Shown here one piece after another: positions 1 to 9,519 of a DNA stretch of 64,000 nucleotides. Numbering within the stretch: position 1 is the stretch's first letter; each line of letters starts with the position of its first letter. The notes under the pieces are model-generated. The model saw only the letters and a program-made list of their open reading frames with translations. It had not been told where the DNA came from and did not search any database. Location: positions 4,319-68,318 of the forward strand of contig JACUUR010000001.1 in assembly GCA_014859205.1 (NCBI GenBank), in the 5' to 3' direction. Position numbers and translations under genes: made by a program. Origin of the DNA: Dehalococcoidia bacterium (GTDB lineage Bacteria > Chloroflexota > Dehalococcoidia > GIF9 > AB-539-J10).

Positions 1-1
1 G

Positions 2-172
2 TCAGTGAAGATCTCCATCGCCGAGCTGGGACAATGGGTCTGGGATTACCTCACAGGTGGAGTAGAGCTACGAGTCGCGGGCACCATGCAGGTCCCGCTC
101 AGAATCTGGGGATTCAGAATCGCGTCGGTCCCCATAACGTTTGATGAGTCGACCTACTACAGGCTTGGTTAA
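2..172 (+). CDS. 3' end of an unidentified upstream gene (C-terminal 56 codons, ...RVAGTMQVPLRIWGFRIASVPITFDESTYYRLG*)
   Basis: Open frame runs from the window edge to TAA at 170-172, directly upstream of the pfkA promoter. No family recognised. Confidence 0.3.
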   Translation, partial: SVKISIAELGQWVWDYLTGGVELRVAGTMQVPLRIWGFRIASVPITFDESTYYRLG

Positions 173-195
173 CACTGCGATGCCTCGATTGCCCG

Positions 196-220
196 TGGTA
201 GAATAGAACCTCAGAAGGAG
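196..220 (+). promoter_or_regulatory. pfkA promoter: extended -10 (TGgTAGAAT, 196-204) and SD GAAGGAG (214-220)
   Basis: TGnTAnAAT-type extended -10 lies 23 nt upstream of the ATG. SD is 6 nt before the ATG at 227. Confidence 0.5.
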
Positions 221-226
221 AACATC

Positions 227-1195
227 ATGAAGAAGATAGGAGTCCTGACCAGCGGGGGCGATGCCCCGGGTATGAATGCCTGTATCAGGGCCATCGTTCG
301 TTACGGGATCAGCCGCGGAGTAGAGGTCACGGGTATTCGCGGTGGATACCGCGGACTGCTTTCGAAGGACGTGGTGAGGCTGGGCAACAGATCGGTGGCC
401 AACATTATTCAGCGCGGGGGCACGGTACTGGAGACGGCTCGTTGTGACGAGATGAAGACTGAGGAAGGCATAAGGAAGGCCCACCAGACCCTGAAAAGCG
501 AGGGCATCGAGGGTCTGATCACGATAGGTGGTGACGGAACGTTTCGCGGTGCGGTGGCTCTGGCCGAGGCGGGAGACGTGAAGGTGATCGGTGTGCCGGG
601 CACCATAGATAACGATGTCTATGGCACCGACTACGCCGTCGGCTTCGACACAGCCGTGAACACAGCGCTGGACGCCATAGACAAGATCAGAGATACCGCC
701 GGGTCGATGCAGCGTCCCTTCTTCGTAGAGGTCATGGGCAAGAGCAGAGGCTTCCTGGCCCTTGAGGTGGGGATCGCCGGCGGAGCCGAGGAAATCCTGA
801 TGCCCGAATTGCCTACCAAGGTAGAGCAGCTTGCCCTCGACATAAGGCGGAGCTTCAAGCGAGGCAAGAAGTCCTCCATAATCGTAGTTGCTGAAGGAGA
901 CGATGCAGGCAGCGCGTTCTCAATCGCCCAGCAAGTGTGGGAGAGGCTGAGGGTGGAGTACCGGATATGTGTGCTGGGGCATGTACAGAGAGGCGGCTGC
1001 CCCACGGCCAGGGACAGAGTTCTGGCCAGCAAGCTGGGAGCGGCGGCGGTGGATGCACTGCTTGAGGGCAAGGCAGGCTATATGGTGGGCGAGTTCAAGG
1101 GAGACATAGCGCTTACTCCTCTCAGAGACACCTGGGAGAAGAGGAAGGACCTGGACAGCAACTCCTTGCGTCTGGTAAAGGCGCTGTCAGGATAG
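227..1195 (+). CDS. pfkA: ATP-dependent 6-phosphofructokinase
   Basis: VLTSGGDAPGMNA, GGDGT and GVPGTIDND motifs. Near-colinear with E. coli PfkA, with Gly at the positions that specify ATP rather than PPi dependence. Confidence 0.93.
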   Translation: MKKIGVLTSGGDAPGMNACIRAIVRYGISRGVEVTGIRGGYRGLLSKDVVRLGNRSVANIIQRGGTVLETARCDEMKTEEGIRKAHQTLKSEGIEGLITIGGDGTFRGAVALAEAGDVKVIGVPGTIDNDVYGTDYAVGFDTAVNTALDAIDKIRDTAGSMQRPFFVEVMGKSRGFLALEVGIAGGAEEILMPELPTKVEQLALDIRRSFKRGKKSSIIVVAEGDDAGSAFSIAQQVWERLRVEYRICVLGHVQRGGCPTARDRVLASKLGAAAVDALLEGKAGYMVGEFKGDIALTPLRDTWEKRKDLDSNSLRLVKALSG

Positions 1196-1245
1196 CGAGC
1201 CGAAGAAACACAGCCATTCTTCTGCCAACATCGCCTCTGCTCCCG

Positions 1246-2169
1246 TCACATCTCACGCCCCGTCAACCTCCGATACACCTCGCGATATCTCCTGGCTGTT
1301 CCTTCTATCACCTCGGGTGGCAGCACGGGCGCAGGCGATCCCTCAGCCCATCCCGAACCGGACAGCCAATCACGGACGGGCTGCTTGTCGTAGCTGGGCT
1401 GCGGCCGGCCGACCTCGTACCGGTCCGCCTCCCAGAAGCGGCTTGAGTCGGGCGTCAGCAGTTCATCTATAAGCGACAATCTGCCATCGATGAAGCCGAA
1501 CTCAAACTTGGTGTCGGCGATTATGATGCCTCTATCGCTGGCGTAATCGCGAGCATAGCCATAGACAAGCAGGCTCTTCTCGGCCAGTTCCTCGTAGATG
1601 TCCCTGATGCCCAGTTCCTCGATATCTTCACTCACCAGCGGCCGGTCGTGCCCTGTGTCGGCCTTGGTGGTGGGGGTGAAGATGGGCCGGGGGAATTCCT
1701 GGCTTTCCTTCATGCCCGAGGGCAACGGTATGCTGCCCACCTTTCCCGTCTCCCTATACTCCGCCCATGCCGAGCCAGACATATATCCCCGCACTATGCA
1801 CTCTACAGGTATGCGCTCGGCCTTAGTCACCAGCATAGAGCGGCCGATCAGGGCATCCGACCACCCCTCGTTATGCCCGGACAGGCTCCTTACTTCGTCC
1901 AGAACAGCACCGCTATCCACTACCTTGACAACATGATTGGGCAGGATATGGGCCGTCTTTCCGAACCAGAATGCGGAGAGCTGAGTGAGCACCTTACCCT
2001 TGCCGGGAATGCCGGAGGGCAAGACCACATCAAAGGCCGAGACTCGGTCGGTGGACACGATGAGCAGTCTATGGCCCAGATCGTAGACATCTCGCACCTT
2101 GCCCCGCCGAAACGAGGGCAGGGGCAGGTCTGCACTCATCAGAACCGCTGCATCATCACTCATGCTCAC
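1246..2169 (-). CDS. purC: phosphoribosylaminoimidazole-succinocarboxamide synthase (SAICAR synthetase)
   Basis: N-terminal RGKVRDVYDL and downstream SAICAR synthetase motifs. Last gene of the minus-strand pur operon. Confidence 0.9.
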   Translation of the reverse strand: MSMSDDAAVLMSADLPLPSFRRGKVRDVYDLGHRLLIVSTDRVSAFDVVLPSGIPGKGKVLTQLSAFWFGKTAHILPNHVVKVVDSGAVLDEVRSLSGHNEGWSDALIGRSMLVTKAERIPVECIVRGYMSGSAWAEYRETGKVGSIPLPSGMKESQEFPRPIFTPTTKADTGHDRPLVSEDIEELGIRDIYEELAEKSLLVYGYARDYASDRGIIIADTKFEFGFIDGRLSLIDELLTPDSSRFWEADRYEVGRPQPSYDKQPVRDWLSGSGWAEGSPAPVLPPEVIEGTARRYREVYRRLTGREM

Positions 2170-2231
2170 CTCCGTTCAGAGCTTAATGGTCGCCGTAATG
2201 CCACATGGAGTCGCCACCCTCAGGCCGCCGC

Positions 2232-3683
2232 TTACGAATCGATGCCGCATAGTCTCCTGGCGCTGCTCTTCATCCTCTCCATGTCAACCTGCCTGCCTAT
2301 CATGATCTTCTGGGCCATGGGCGATCCCGCACCATGCATCGATTCCGGCAGATAGCAGGCTGCACCTGCACCCACCGTCAGGTTCTCGATCAATCGCAAT
2401 ACACGGACGCGGCTCTCTACCTCAGTGCCGTCAACACCCTTTAGGTACTTGGCCATGTGCCTTCCTATCTCGGGATGCTTAAGGTCCTTCTCGGACGGCA
2501 TGGTCACAATTATGCCTCCGGCGATGTCCTGGGCCAGCCTGGCAATATCATAGGGAAACCTGGTCACGTTCAGCTTGGATACATTTGCCCTCAGAGTGTC
2601 CACGGAGTATGTTCCGGAAGCTTCTTTATGGCCCTCATAAGCACAAGCCAGACTGCAGGACATCATGGTCTCGTTAAGATGGATCATATCAACGATCTTG
2701 TCCTTGATGTGGGAAGCCCCGGCCGTGCCCTGATACTCGGCTATCAACTGACTGGCTCCGATCAACACATCACCAATGCCGGACTTGCAGGCATAGCTCT
2801 GGCGATGATAGGCGGCGAACTTCTCCACCAGGTCGCCGGCAAACTCATATTCTCTGTACATGAACACCCGTTCCCAGGGAACGAATACGTCGTCGAAGAC
2901 GACCATACATTCTTGTCCCCCGTAAAGGACATTCCCCACATCCATGTGAGGGCTTTCTATCTTCCTGGTGTCACAGGGCTGCCTTCCATAGATGTATATG
3001 ATTCCCTGTGTGTCAGCGGGAAGGGCAAAGGAAATGGCATAGTCCTTGTCTTCCTCGCGCATAGCCCTGGTGGGCATGCAGATGATCTCGTGGGAGTTCA
3101 CTGCCCCGGTCTGGTGCATCTTGCAGCCCCGTACTACGATCCCGTCCGGTTTCTCCTCCACCATGTGCAGGTACTGATCAGGATCGGCCTGCTGGGCGGG
3201 ATGCAGGCCTCGATCGCCCTTGGCATCGGTCATGGCGCCATCGCAGACGAGGTCTTCGTCCTGGACGTACCTCAAGTATGCCAGAAAACGCCGGTTGTAC
3301 TGGCTGCCGTACTTGCGATCGAGATCATGGGTCAATATAGACAGGGCGTTCAGGGCATCCATCCCCACGCAACGTTGAAAGCAAGAGCCGGTATGCGCGC
3401 CCAGCAGCCTGCCCATCTTTGACTTGTTGACAAGGTCGCCCGTGCTCTGATGAATATGGCAGAACCGGTTTATCCTCTGGCCAGTCAGATGAGAGGTGGC
3501 CGTCATCACGGCCTGGTATTGAGGAAACCTCGCTTCGTCCGCCAGGTCATAAGTGGCGGCAACGCAGTTCATCGCAGGCCTGATAATGGGGTGCTCCACA
3601 TGATCGGCAATCCGCTCTCCGAACATGTAGAGTTCGAAGCGCATCCTCCTCATGCTGTCGATGTATTCCCTGGCAGTCTTCAT
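2232..3683 (-). CDS. 4-hydroxybutyryl-CoA dehydratase / vinylacetyl-CoA isomerase family protein (AbfD/HpaB superfamily)
   Basis: 483 aa with the HpaB/AbfD fold signature. A C-x3-C pair (CFQRC) is consistent with the AbfD [4Fe-4S] ligands. Sits between purB and purC. Confidence 0.6.
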   Translation of the reverse strand: MKTAREYIDSMRRMRFELYMFGERIADHVEHPIIRPAMNCVAATYDLADEARFPQYQAVMTATSHLTGQRINRFCHIHQSTGDLVNKSKMGRLLGAHTGSCFQRCVGMDALNALSILTHDLDRKYGSQYNRRFLAYLRYVQDEDLVCDGAMTDAKGDRGLHPAQQADPDQYLHMVEEKPDGIVVRGCKMHQTGAVNSHEIICMPTRAMREEDKDYAISFALPADTQGIIYIYGRQPCDTRKIESPHMDVGNVLYGGQECMVVFDDVFVPWERVFMYREYEFAGDLVEKFAAYHRQSYACKSGIGDVLIGASQLIAEYQGTAGASHIKDKIVDMIHLNETMMSCSLACAYEGHKEASGTYSVDTLRANVSKLNVTRFPYDIARLAQDIAGGIIVTMPSEKDLKHPEIGRHMAKYLKGVDGTEVESRVRVLRLIENLTVGAGAACYLPESMHGAGSPMAQKIMIGRQVDMERMKSSARRLCGIDS

Positions 3684-3836
3684 CTCTTGATTCCCCTCAG
3701 GCTGCGCAACTCCGTACCATGGTTGGACCCAGACTTATCTATGCTGTAGCCGGAACGCTCCACCACCGAACCCTGTAGTGCGGCCCTTCATGGTCGTCAA
3801 TCATCCCGCTGATCCATCCCCAACGGCACGTTGCTG

Positions 3837-5138
3837 TCATCCACCCCGGGCCAGACCCAATCGTTCAAACACGGCATCCACGTGTTTCAGGTAGTACTCG
3901 TAGTCGAACAGAGACTCTAGTTCATGCGGGGACAGCCGGCTCGCAATCCGGTTCTCCGACTGGAGCAAATCCAGAAAGCTCTTGCCCCCCCGCCAGGCCT
4001 CCATGGCATTATCCTGGACTATCTTGTAGGCCTCTTCGCGAGTTAGACCTGTGTCTATCAGCGCCAGCAGTATCCTCTGGGAGAAGACCAGTCCCCGGGT
4101 TCGCGCAATGTTGCGGCGCATGTTCTCGACATCCACCTCCAACCCCTTCATCACGAAGGTGAACGTGGACAGCATGTAGTCGAGGGCCAGACACGAATCA
4201 GGCAGGGTGATCCGCTCCGTGGAGGAATGACTGATATCGCGTTCATGCCACAACGCAATGCTTTCCAGCGAGGCCAGAGCATGGCCCCTTACTATCCGTG
4301 CCAGCCCGCAAATACGCTCGCAGAGTTCGGGATTTCTCTTATGGGGCATCGCCGAGGAGCCCGTCTGTCCCTCCGCGAAAGGCTCTTCAGCTTCACGTAC
4401 TTCGGTCCGCTGGAGGCCTCTGATCTCGGTGGCGAACTTCTCCAGCGAGCCGGCCATAATGGCCAAGGTGGTCAAGAACTGCGCATGCCGGTCGCGCTGG
4501 ACTATCTGGCTCGATATTGAATCAGGAGCAAGTCCTAACCTGGCGCAGGCGAGTTCCTCAACCCGGGGTGACACGGTGGCATACGTGCCCACCGCTCCTG
4601 ATATCTTGCCCACGGAGATATTCCGCCCGGCCTCGGCCAGCCTCTGAGCATTGCGCCTCATCTCCTCCCTCCACAGGGCCATCTTCAGCCCGAAGGTGGT
4701 TGGCTCGGCGTGGACGCCGTGGGTGCGGCCTATCATGATGGTACGCTTATGCTCAACGGCTTTGTCCTCCAGCACGGATATCAGTGCGGCGACATCCTCG
4801 GCCAGGATATCCGCCGCCTGGGTCAACTGCAGGCCCAGTGCGGTATCCATGACATCCGACGAGGTAAGACCGAGATGTATGAAGCGAGACTCTTCACCCA
4901 GGCTTTCAGCCACCGACTTAAGAAAGGCGGTCATGTCATGCCGGGTGACTTGCAGCCACTCAGCAATGCGCTCCGGATCATAGCCGGCCTTTCTGATCTT
5001 GACGATGGCTTCAGGCGGGATCTCGCCTAACTCAGCCCAGGCCTCACACACGGCCAGTTCGACCTTGAGCCACTGGTCGAACTTGTTGTCCTCAGACCAG
5101 ACGTTCTTCATCCGGGGTCTTGAGTAACGCTCAATCAT
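3837..5138 (-). CDS. purB: adenylosuccinate lyase
   Basis: Fumarate-lyase family, 433 aa, typical PurB N-terminus (MIERYSRPRMKNVW...). Start overlaps the purE stop. Confidence 0.92.
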   Translation of the reverse strand: MIERYSRPRMKNVWSEDNKFDQWLKVELAVCEAWAELGEIPPEAIVKIRKAGYDPERIAEWLQVTRHDMTAFLKSVAESLGEESRFIHLGLTSSDVMDTALGLQLTQAADILAEDVAALISVLEDKAVEHKRTIMIGRTHGVHAEPTTFGLKMALWREEMRRNAQRLAEAGRNISVGKISGAVGTYATVSPRVEELACARLGLAPDSISSQIVQRDRHAQFLTTLAIMAGSLEKFATEIRGLQRTEVREAEEPFAEGQTGSSAMPHKRNPELCERICGLARIVRGHALASLESIALWHERDISHSSTERITLPDSCLALDYMLSTFTFVMKGLEVDVENMRRNIARTRGLVFSQRILLALIDTGLTREEAYKIVQDNAMEAWRGGKSFLDLLQSENRIASRLSPHELESLFDYEYYLKHVDAVFERLGLARGG

Positions 5139-5140
5139 GG

Positions 5141-5605
5141 TTATGCCCTGGCCAGGTCCTGCCTGTATTTGCGATAGGCCTCTCTTATCTCTTCATATTC
5201 CGTGCCCAGAATCTGGGCGGCAAGTAAGGCAGCGTTCCTGGCCCCGCTCTTGCCGATTCCGACGCACGCCACCGGCACTCCACCGGGCATCTGGCTTATT
5301 GAGAACAGCGCATCTATCCCTTTCAGGTCGCTGGTGGGCAGGGGCACGCCGATTACGGGCAGATTTGTCCAGCTAGCCAGAACGCCAGGCAGGTGAGCAG
5401 CGTAACCCGCAGCCGCAATTAGCACTTTGAGCCCCTTCTTCTCTGCCTCAAGGCCATACTCCCGTGCTCTCTCCGCATTCCTGTGGGCCGACACAACCGA
5501 GAATTCGTAATCAACGCCCAGTTGCTCCAGCATTTCCAGCGCCGGCTGTATCAGTTCCGTATCCGACTTGCTGCCTATGACTATGCCTACTAATGCAGTT
5601 CCCAT
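5141..5605 (-). CDS. purE: N5-carboxyaminoimidazole ribonucleotide mutase
   Basis: 154 aa with the GSKSD and AGYAAHLPGV PurE signature motifs. Confidence 0.93.
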   Translation of the reverse strand: MGTALVGIVIGSKSDTELIQPALEMLEQLGVDYEFSVVSAHRNAERAREYGLEAEKKGLKVLIAAAGYAAHLPGVLASWTNLPVIGVPLPTSDLKGIDALFSISQMPGGVPVACVGIGKSGARNAALLAAQILGTEYEEIREAYRKYRQDLARA

Positions 5606-5737
5606 ATAGATCCCCCAGACCTCAATGATTGAATGCTGACATCAGAGCTGCACTCGAGAACCCGGACCTCAAATCTGACCATACTCCGGCAGTGGTCCTG
5701 CACTCTGTGTCTCGATCTCTGGCTCGCTGCCGCCCTG

Positions 5738-7039
5738 TCACTCGGTACTCCCACTCTTGCCGTTTGAGTTTATCGCATCTATCTCCCTCAAGGCAATATC
5801 CCTGCGATAGTAACAGCCTTCAAAGTCTACATTCGATATGTTGCGGTAGACCTTTTCCCTGGCTTCAAGCAGATCCTTGCCCGTACAGACTACGCTGAGC
5901 ACCCGCCCGCCATCGGTGCAGACCGCACCGTCGTTCGCCAGCTTAGTTCCGGCATGAAAGACCAGCACATCTTCCTCGATGTTGCCCAACCCGTGTATGG
6001 GAAGGCCGGTCTTATAACTCCCGGGATAACCGCACGAGGACATGACCACTCCAACGCAGGCCCGGGAACTCCACTCTGCCTTCACCCTGTCAAGACCGCT
6101 CTGGACTACCGCCATAAACAGGGCGACGAGGTCGGTCTCAAGCAGCGGCAGAATGACCTGGGTTTCGGGGTCGCCGAAGCGAGCGTTGAACTCCAGCACC
6201 ACTGGCTTCCCATCGACGATCATCAGCCCGGCATAGAGCACTCCCTTATAGGATATGCCCTCCCCGGCCATGGCCTTGACCATCGGCGCCAGAATATCGC
6301 TAGTCACCCGCTCCGTCATGGCGGCCGAGAAGAACCCGGGCGGGCTGTAACTCCCCATACCGCCGGTATTGGGTCCCTGATCATAATCGCCGATCTTCTT
6401 GTAGTCGCAGGCCGGCACCATTGGTACGACCGTCTTACCATCGGTAAAGGCGATCAGACTTACTTCTCGCCCGGCAATGTACTCATCTATGACCACCTGG
6501 TCTCCAGCGGAGCCGAAAACCCTGGCTTCCATGATATCACTCAGAGCCTCATCGGCCTGCGTCAGGGAACTGGCGATGATCACGCCCTTGCCCGCTGCCA
6601 GGCCGTCCGCCTTAATGACCACAGGCAGGCGCTGTCCCCGGAGATACTCACGGGCCTCGGAGTAAGAAGAAAAGGCGGCTCCTTTGGGACAGGGAATGCC
6701 ATGCTTCTCCATCATGTTCCGAGCGAAAGCCTTGCTCGATTCTATTCGGGCGGCGGCCTTACCGGGACCGAAGACTGGAATGCCCAGATTATCCAGATCA
6801 TCGACTATGCCCGAAGCCAGAGGAGCCTCGGGGCCGACCACGACCAGGTCAATGCTCTTATCTTTGCACACCATGCCCAGGCCTTCTATATCGGTGGGGC
6901 GCAGATCGAGGTTTTCCGCTATCATAGCTGTGCCGGCATTCCCCGGTGCGGCGTAGACAGTTTCCACCCTGGGACTCTGAGCAATCTTCCAGACCAGGGC
7001 GTGCTCCCTCCCCCCGCCACCAACAACCAGTATCCTCAG
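5738..7039 (-). CDS. purD: phosphoribosylamine--glycine ligase (GAR synthetase); start inferred at CTG 7039..7037, whereas the track ORF begins at an internal GTG at 6967
   Basis: The conserved PurD N-terminus (L/M)RILVVGGGGREHALVWKIAQSP is encoded in frame upstream of the track start. An in-frame TGA lies immediately 5' of the CTG, and AAGGAGGTGA sits 6 nt upstream of it. No ATG/GTG/TTG is available. Confidence 0.8.
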   Translation of the reverse strand: MRILVVGGGGREHALVWKIAQSPRVETVYAAPGNAGTAMIAENLDLRPTDIEGLGMVCKDKSIDLVVVGPEAPLASGIVDDLDNLGIPVFGPGKAAARIESSKAFARNMMEKHGIPCPKGAAFSSYSEAREYLRGQRLPVVIKADGLAAGKGVIIASSLTQADEALSDIMEARVFGSAGDQVVIDEYIAGREVSLIAFTDGKTVVPMVPACDYKKIGDYDQGPNTGGMGSYSPPGFFSAAMTERVTSDILAPMVKAMAGEGISYKGVLYAGLMIVDGKPVVLEFNARFGDPETQVILPLLETDLVALFMAVVQSGLDRVKAEWSSRACVGVVMSSCGYPGSYKTGLPIHGLGNIEEDVLVFHAGTKLANDGAVCTDGGRVLSVVCTGKDLLEAREKVYRNISNVDFEGCYYRRDIALREIDAINSNGKSGSTE

Positions 7040-7185
7040 AGGTCACCTCCTTGCAGAACTCCCGCCCAGATAGCAGCTATCGCGTTCCTGGAGGCAGCGG
7101 CAGCACGTATTGACGACCCGCCCACCTGGCTGTGCTCAGGCTCATGAGGCAGATCTGACACAAGAACGGTCATCCAGGGCAATCG

Positions 7186-7251
7186 CCTCAATGCTTCTTC
7201 TTATGCTTCTTCCTGTTCTTCTTTACGCCCTTAAGCTTCACTCTGCTGGCC
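7186..7251 (-). CDS. possible 21-aa polybasic micro-ORF (MASRVKLKGVKKNRKKHKKKH), starting 4 nt after the stop of the acidic protein
   Basis: ATG..TGA frame read from the sequence. Only a weak SD. Could be coincidental. Confidence 0.2.
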
Positions 7252-7257
7252 ATGGCC

Positions 7258-7515
7258 TTACACGATCCCCTTCAGCTTCTCGGCCTGAACCGGGTCGAGA
7301 TTCTGTATCAGTCTCAGCAGTTCTGCGACATGCTCCTTTTCCTCTTCAATCAGACGTTCCAGCGCAGTCACAGCCTCCTCACTCTCCATGCTTAGCAGAT
7401 GCTCCTCATACTGGTTGATAGCCTGCAGTTCACTTATCAGATCGTCGCGGAGCATCTCCAGGTCATCCAGTGCGGCCAGTTGTTCCTCGCTGATCTCTTC
7501 AGAAGAATAACTCAT
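7258..7515 (-). CDS. small acidic ferritin-like (EncFtn-like) protein with two ExxH motifs
   Basis: 85 aa, pI very acidic, helical. Motifs QYEEH and EEEKEH resemble the half di-iron site of encapsulated-ferritin-like proteins. Strong SD GAGGAGG upstream. Confidence 0.45.
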   Translation of the reverse strand: MSYSSEEISEEQLAALDDLEMLRDDLISELQAINQYEEHLLSMESEEAVTALERLIEEEKEHVAELLRLIQNLDPVQAEKLKGIV

Positions 7516-7612
7516 CTCTTTGCCTCCTCTTAAATCTCGTTCTACTCCTAATGGCGAGCTCTCGACCGTCCCGTGTCACCCTGAGCAAAGCTAAGGGCCC
7601 GCACGATTCATC

Positions 7613-7639
7613 GGACGTTCCGATGTTATCCGAACGTCC
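7613..7639 (-). terminator. perfect 8-bp stem hairpin (GGACGTTC-N11-GAACGTCC) downstream of guaA
   Basis: Inverted repeat seen in the sequence, 25-50 nt past the guaA stop. No clear U-tract. Confidence 0.3.
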
Positions 7640-7663
7640 TGGGAATGACACGGAGTTCAGCGG

Positions 7664-9328
7664 CTACTCCCACTCTATGGTTGCCGGCGGCTTGCCGGTG
7701 ATATCGTAGACTACTCGGTTGACGCCCGGCACCTCGTTGACTATGCGGTGGGATATTCCGGCCAGCAGATCGTGGGGCAGGCGGGCCCAGTCGGCAGTCA
7801 TGGCGTCTTCGCTGGTTATCGCCCTGACCGCTATCAGATAGCCGTACGTCCTGTAGTCGCCCATGACTCCGACGCTTTTCACGTCAGTAAGCACAACAAA
7901 GCTTTGCCAGAGCTGCCTGTAAAGCTTGGCCTTCTTGACCTCATTCATAAGAATCCAATCAGCCGACCGCAGTATGTCCAGCTTCTCTCTGGTCACCTCG
8001 CCAATAATACGAATGGACAATCCCGGCCCGGGAAACGGTTGCCGCCAGATCATGTCCTCGGGCAGGCCCAGAGCCAATCCCACCTCTCGAACCTCGTCCT
8101 TGAACAGATACCTCAGAGGTTCAATAAGCTTGAATCTCATCTTGGCCGGCAATCCACCGACATTATGGTGGCTCTTGATCTTATGTGCAGCTTTGGTCTC
8201 CGGAGATGTGCTCTCAATAACATCGGGGTAGAGAGTGCCCTGAGCCAGAAAATCAATTATGCCCAGTTTGGCCGCCTCTTCCTCGAAGATGCGGATGAAC
8301 TCGTTTCCCACCAACTGCCGCTTCTTCTCAGGGTCGGTAACCCCCGCGAGGCCATCCAGGAATCTGCCGGTGGCATCCACGTAGACCACGTCCATCTTGA
8401 GGTTACGCTTGAAGGTATTGAGGACCCTCTCAGGTTCATCGCGCCGCAGCAGACCATTGTTGATGAAGATACAGGTCAGCTTATTGCCGATAGCCCTGTC
8501 GATAAGGGTAGCCGCTACCGCCGAATCGACGCCTCCGGAAAGAGCACAGACCACTCTGCCATCGCCCACCTGCGCCTTGATCTTGTCTATGCTCTCCGCT
8601 ATGAAATTGGCCGGTGTCCAGTTGCCCTGACAGCCACATATCTGCAGGACGAAGTTCTGGAATATCGTCTTCCCGTAAGCAGTGTGCACCACTTCGGGAT
8701 GAAACTGCAGTCCGTAAATGCCATGCTCACTGCCGATAACGGCGAACGGTGAATTCTCAGTGTAGGCCAGGCTCCTGAACCCCGGCGGTAGCTCCATCAC
8801 CTGATCGCCATGGCTCATCCACACGGGGAGCGACGAAGGCAGACCCGCCAGGAGAGGAGAGTCTTCGCTACTGAGGTGCAGGATTGTATGTCCGTACTCA
8901 TGTTTTGGTCCCCGGGCGATCTCTCCCCCCAGTTCATACGCCACCGCCAGCATGCCATAACAGATGCCCATTACAGGCAGGCGCTGCTCGTAGATGTAGG
9001 GGAGAGGCAGAGGAGCGCCGGCATCGTAGACGCTTGCCGGACCTCCTGAGAGTATGAAGCCCCGCGGGTTAAGAGGAGCTATCTTCTCCCAGGGCGTGTC
9101 GTACGGCACCAGCTCACAGTAGACATGGCATTCCCGCACCCGCCTGGCGATGAGCATGCTGTACTGAGAACCAAAGTCGAGCACTACTATAGTTTCACGC
9201 TCGGCTGGGGGCGATTCGGGCTCAACTACAGGCTGCTCACCGCGCAGCTCCCTGGCCAGCTCTAGATAGGCAGACACCTCGATATCATCGCTGGTGGCGA
9301 TTCTATGGCTTTGCGGCTTCTTCTTCAT
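7664..9328 (-). CDS. guaA: GMP synthase (glutamine-hydrolysing)
   Basis: GATase class I domain (VLDFGSQY...) plus ATP-pyrophosphatase domain (SGGVDSAV). 554 aa with an N-terminal extension of about 45 aa, so the true start may be internal. Confidence 0.92.
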   Translation of the reverse strand: MKKKPQSHRIATSDDIEVSAYLELARELRGEQPVVEPESPPAERETIVVLDFGSQYSMLIARRVRECHVYCELVPYDTPWEKIAPLNPRGFILSGGPASVYDAGAPLPLPYIYEQRLPVMGICYGMLAVAYELGGEIARGPKHEYGHTILHLSSEDSPLLAGLPSSLPVWMSHGDQVMELPPGFRSLAYTENSPFAVIGSEHGIYGLQFHPEVVHTAYGKTIFQNFVLQICGCQGNWTPANFIAESIDKIKAQVGDGRVVCALSGGVDSAVAATLIDRAIGNKLTCIFINNGLLRRDEPERVLNTFKRNLKMDVVYVDATGRFLDGLAGVTDPEKKRQLVGNEFIRIFEEEAAKLGIIDFLAQGTLYPDVIESTSPETKAAHKIKSHHNVGGLPAKMRFKLIEPLRYLFKDEVREVGLALGLPEDMIWRQPFPGPGLSIRIIGEVTREKLDILRSADWILMNEVKKAKLYRQLWQSFVVLTDVKSVGVMGDYRTYGYLIAVRAITSEDAMTADWARLPHDLLAGISHRIVNEVPGVNRVVYDITGKPPATIEWE

Positions 9329-9519
9329 TGCGGAGGTGCCAGGTCGGATGGGTGTAGCTTATCACCATCCGAGGGCTATTATCAAATCAAACGGATTGCC
9401 TCCTCACGCCGCGACAAGCACGGTCTCTAATGCATCATGAGCGTTTGAGCGAGGCGCACGGCAGAACCAGATAGCCTTCTACCCAGGGGGAGCGCCGTGG
9501 TATACTAAGATCAAGGACC

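Noticed and set aside
68-484. 138-aa minus-strand ORF overlapping the pfkA start
   Set aside because: Overlaps the well-supported pfkA promoter and N-terminus. No SD. Ser/Arg-rich low-complexity translation.
5954-7147. 397-aa plus-strand ORF, and likewise 7748..8752 (+) and 2457..3422 (+)
   Set aside because: Antisense to purD, guaA and the abfD-like gene respectively. The sense-strand genes have clear homology.
9329-9519. Purine riboswitch upstream of guaA
   Set aside because: No match to the conserved purine-aptamer motifs; only a simple GGATGG-N13-CCATCC hairpin is present.
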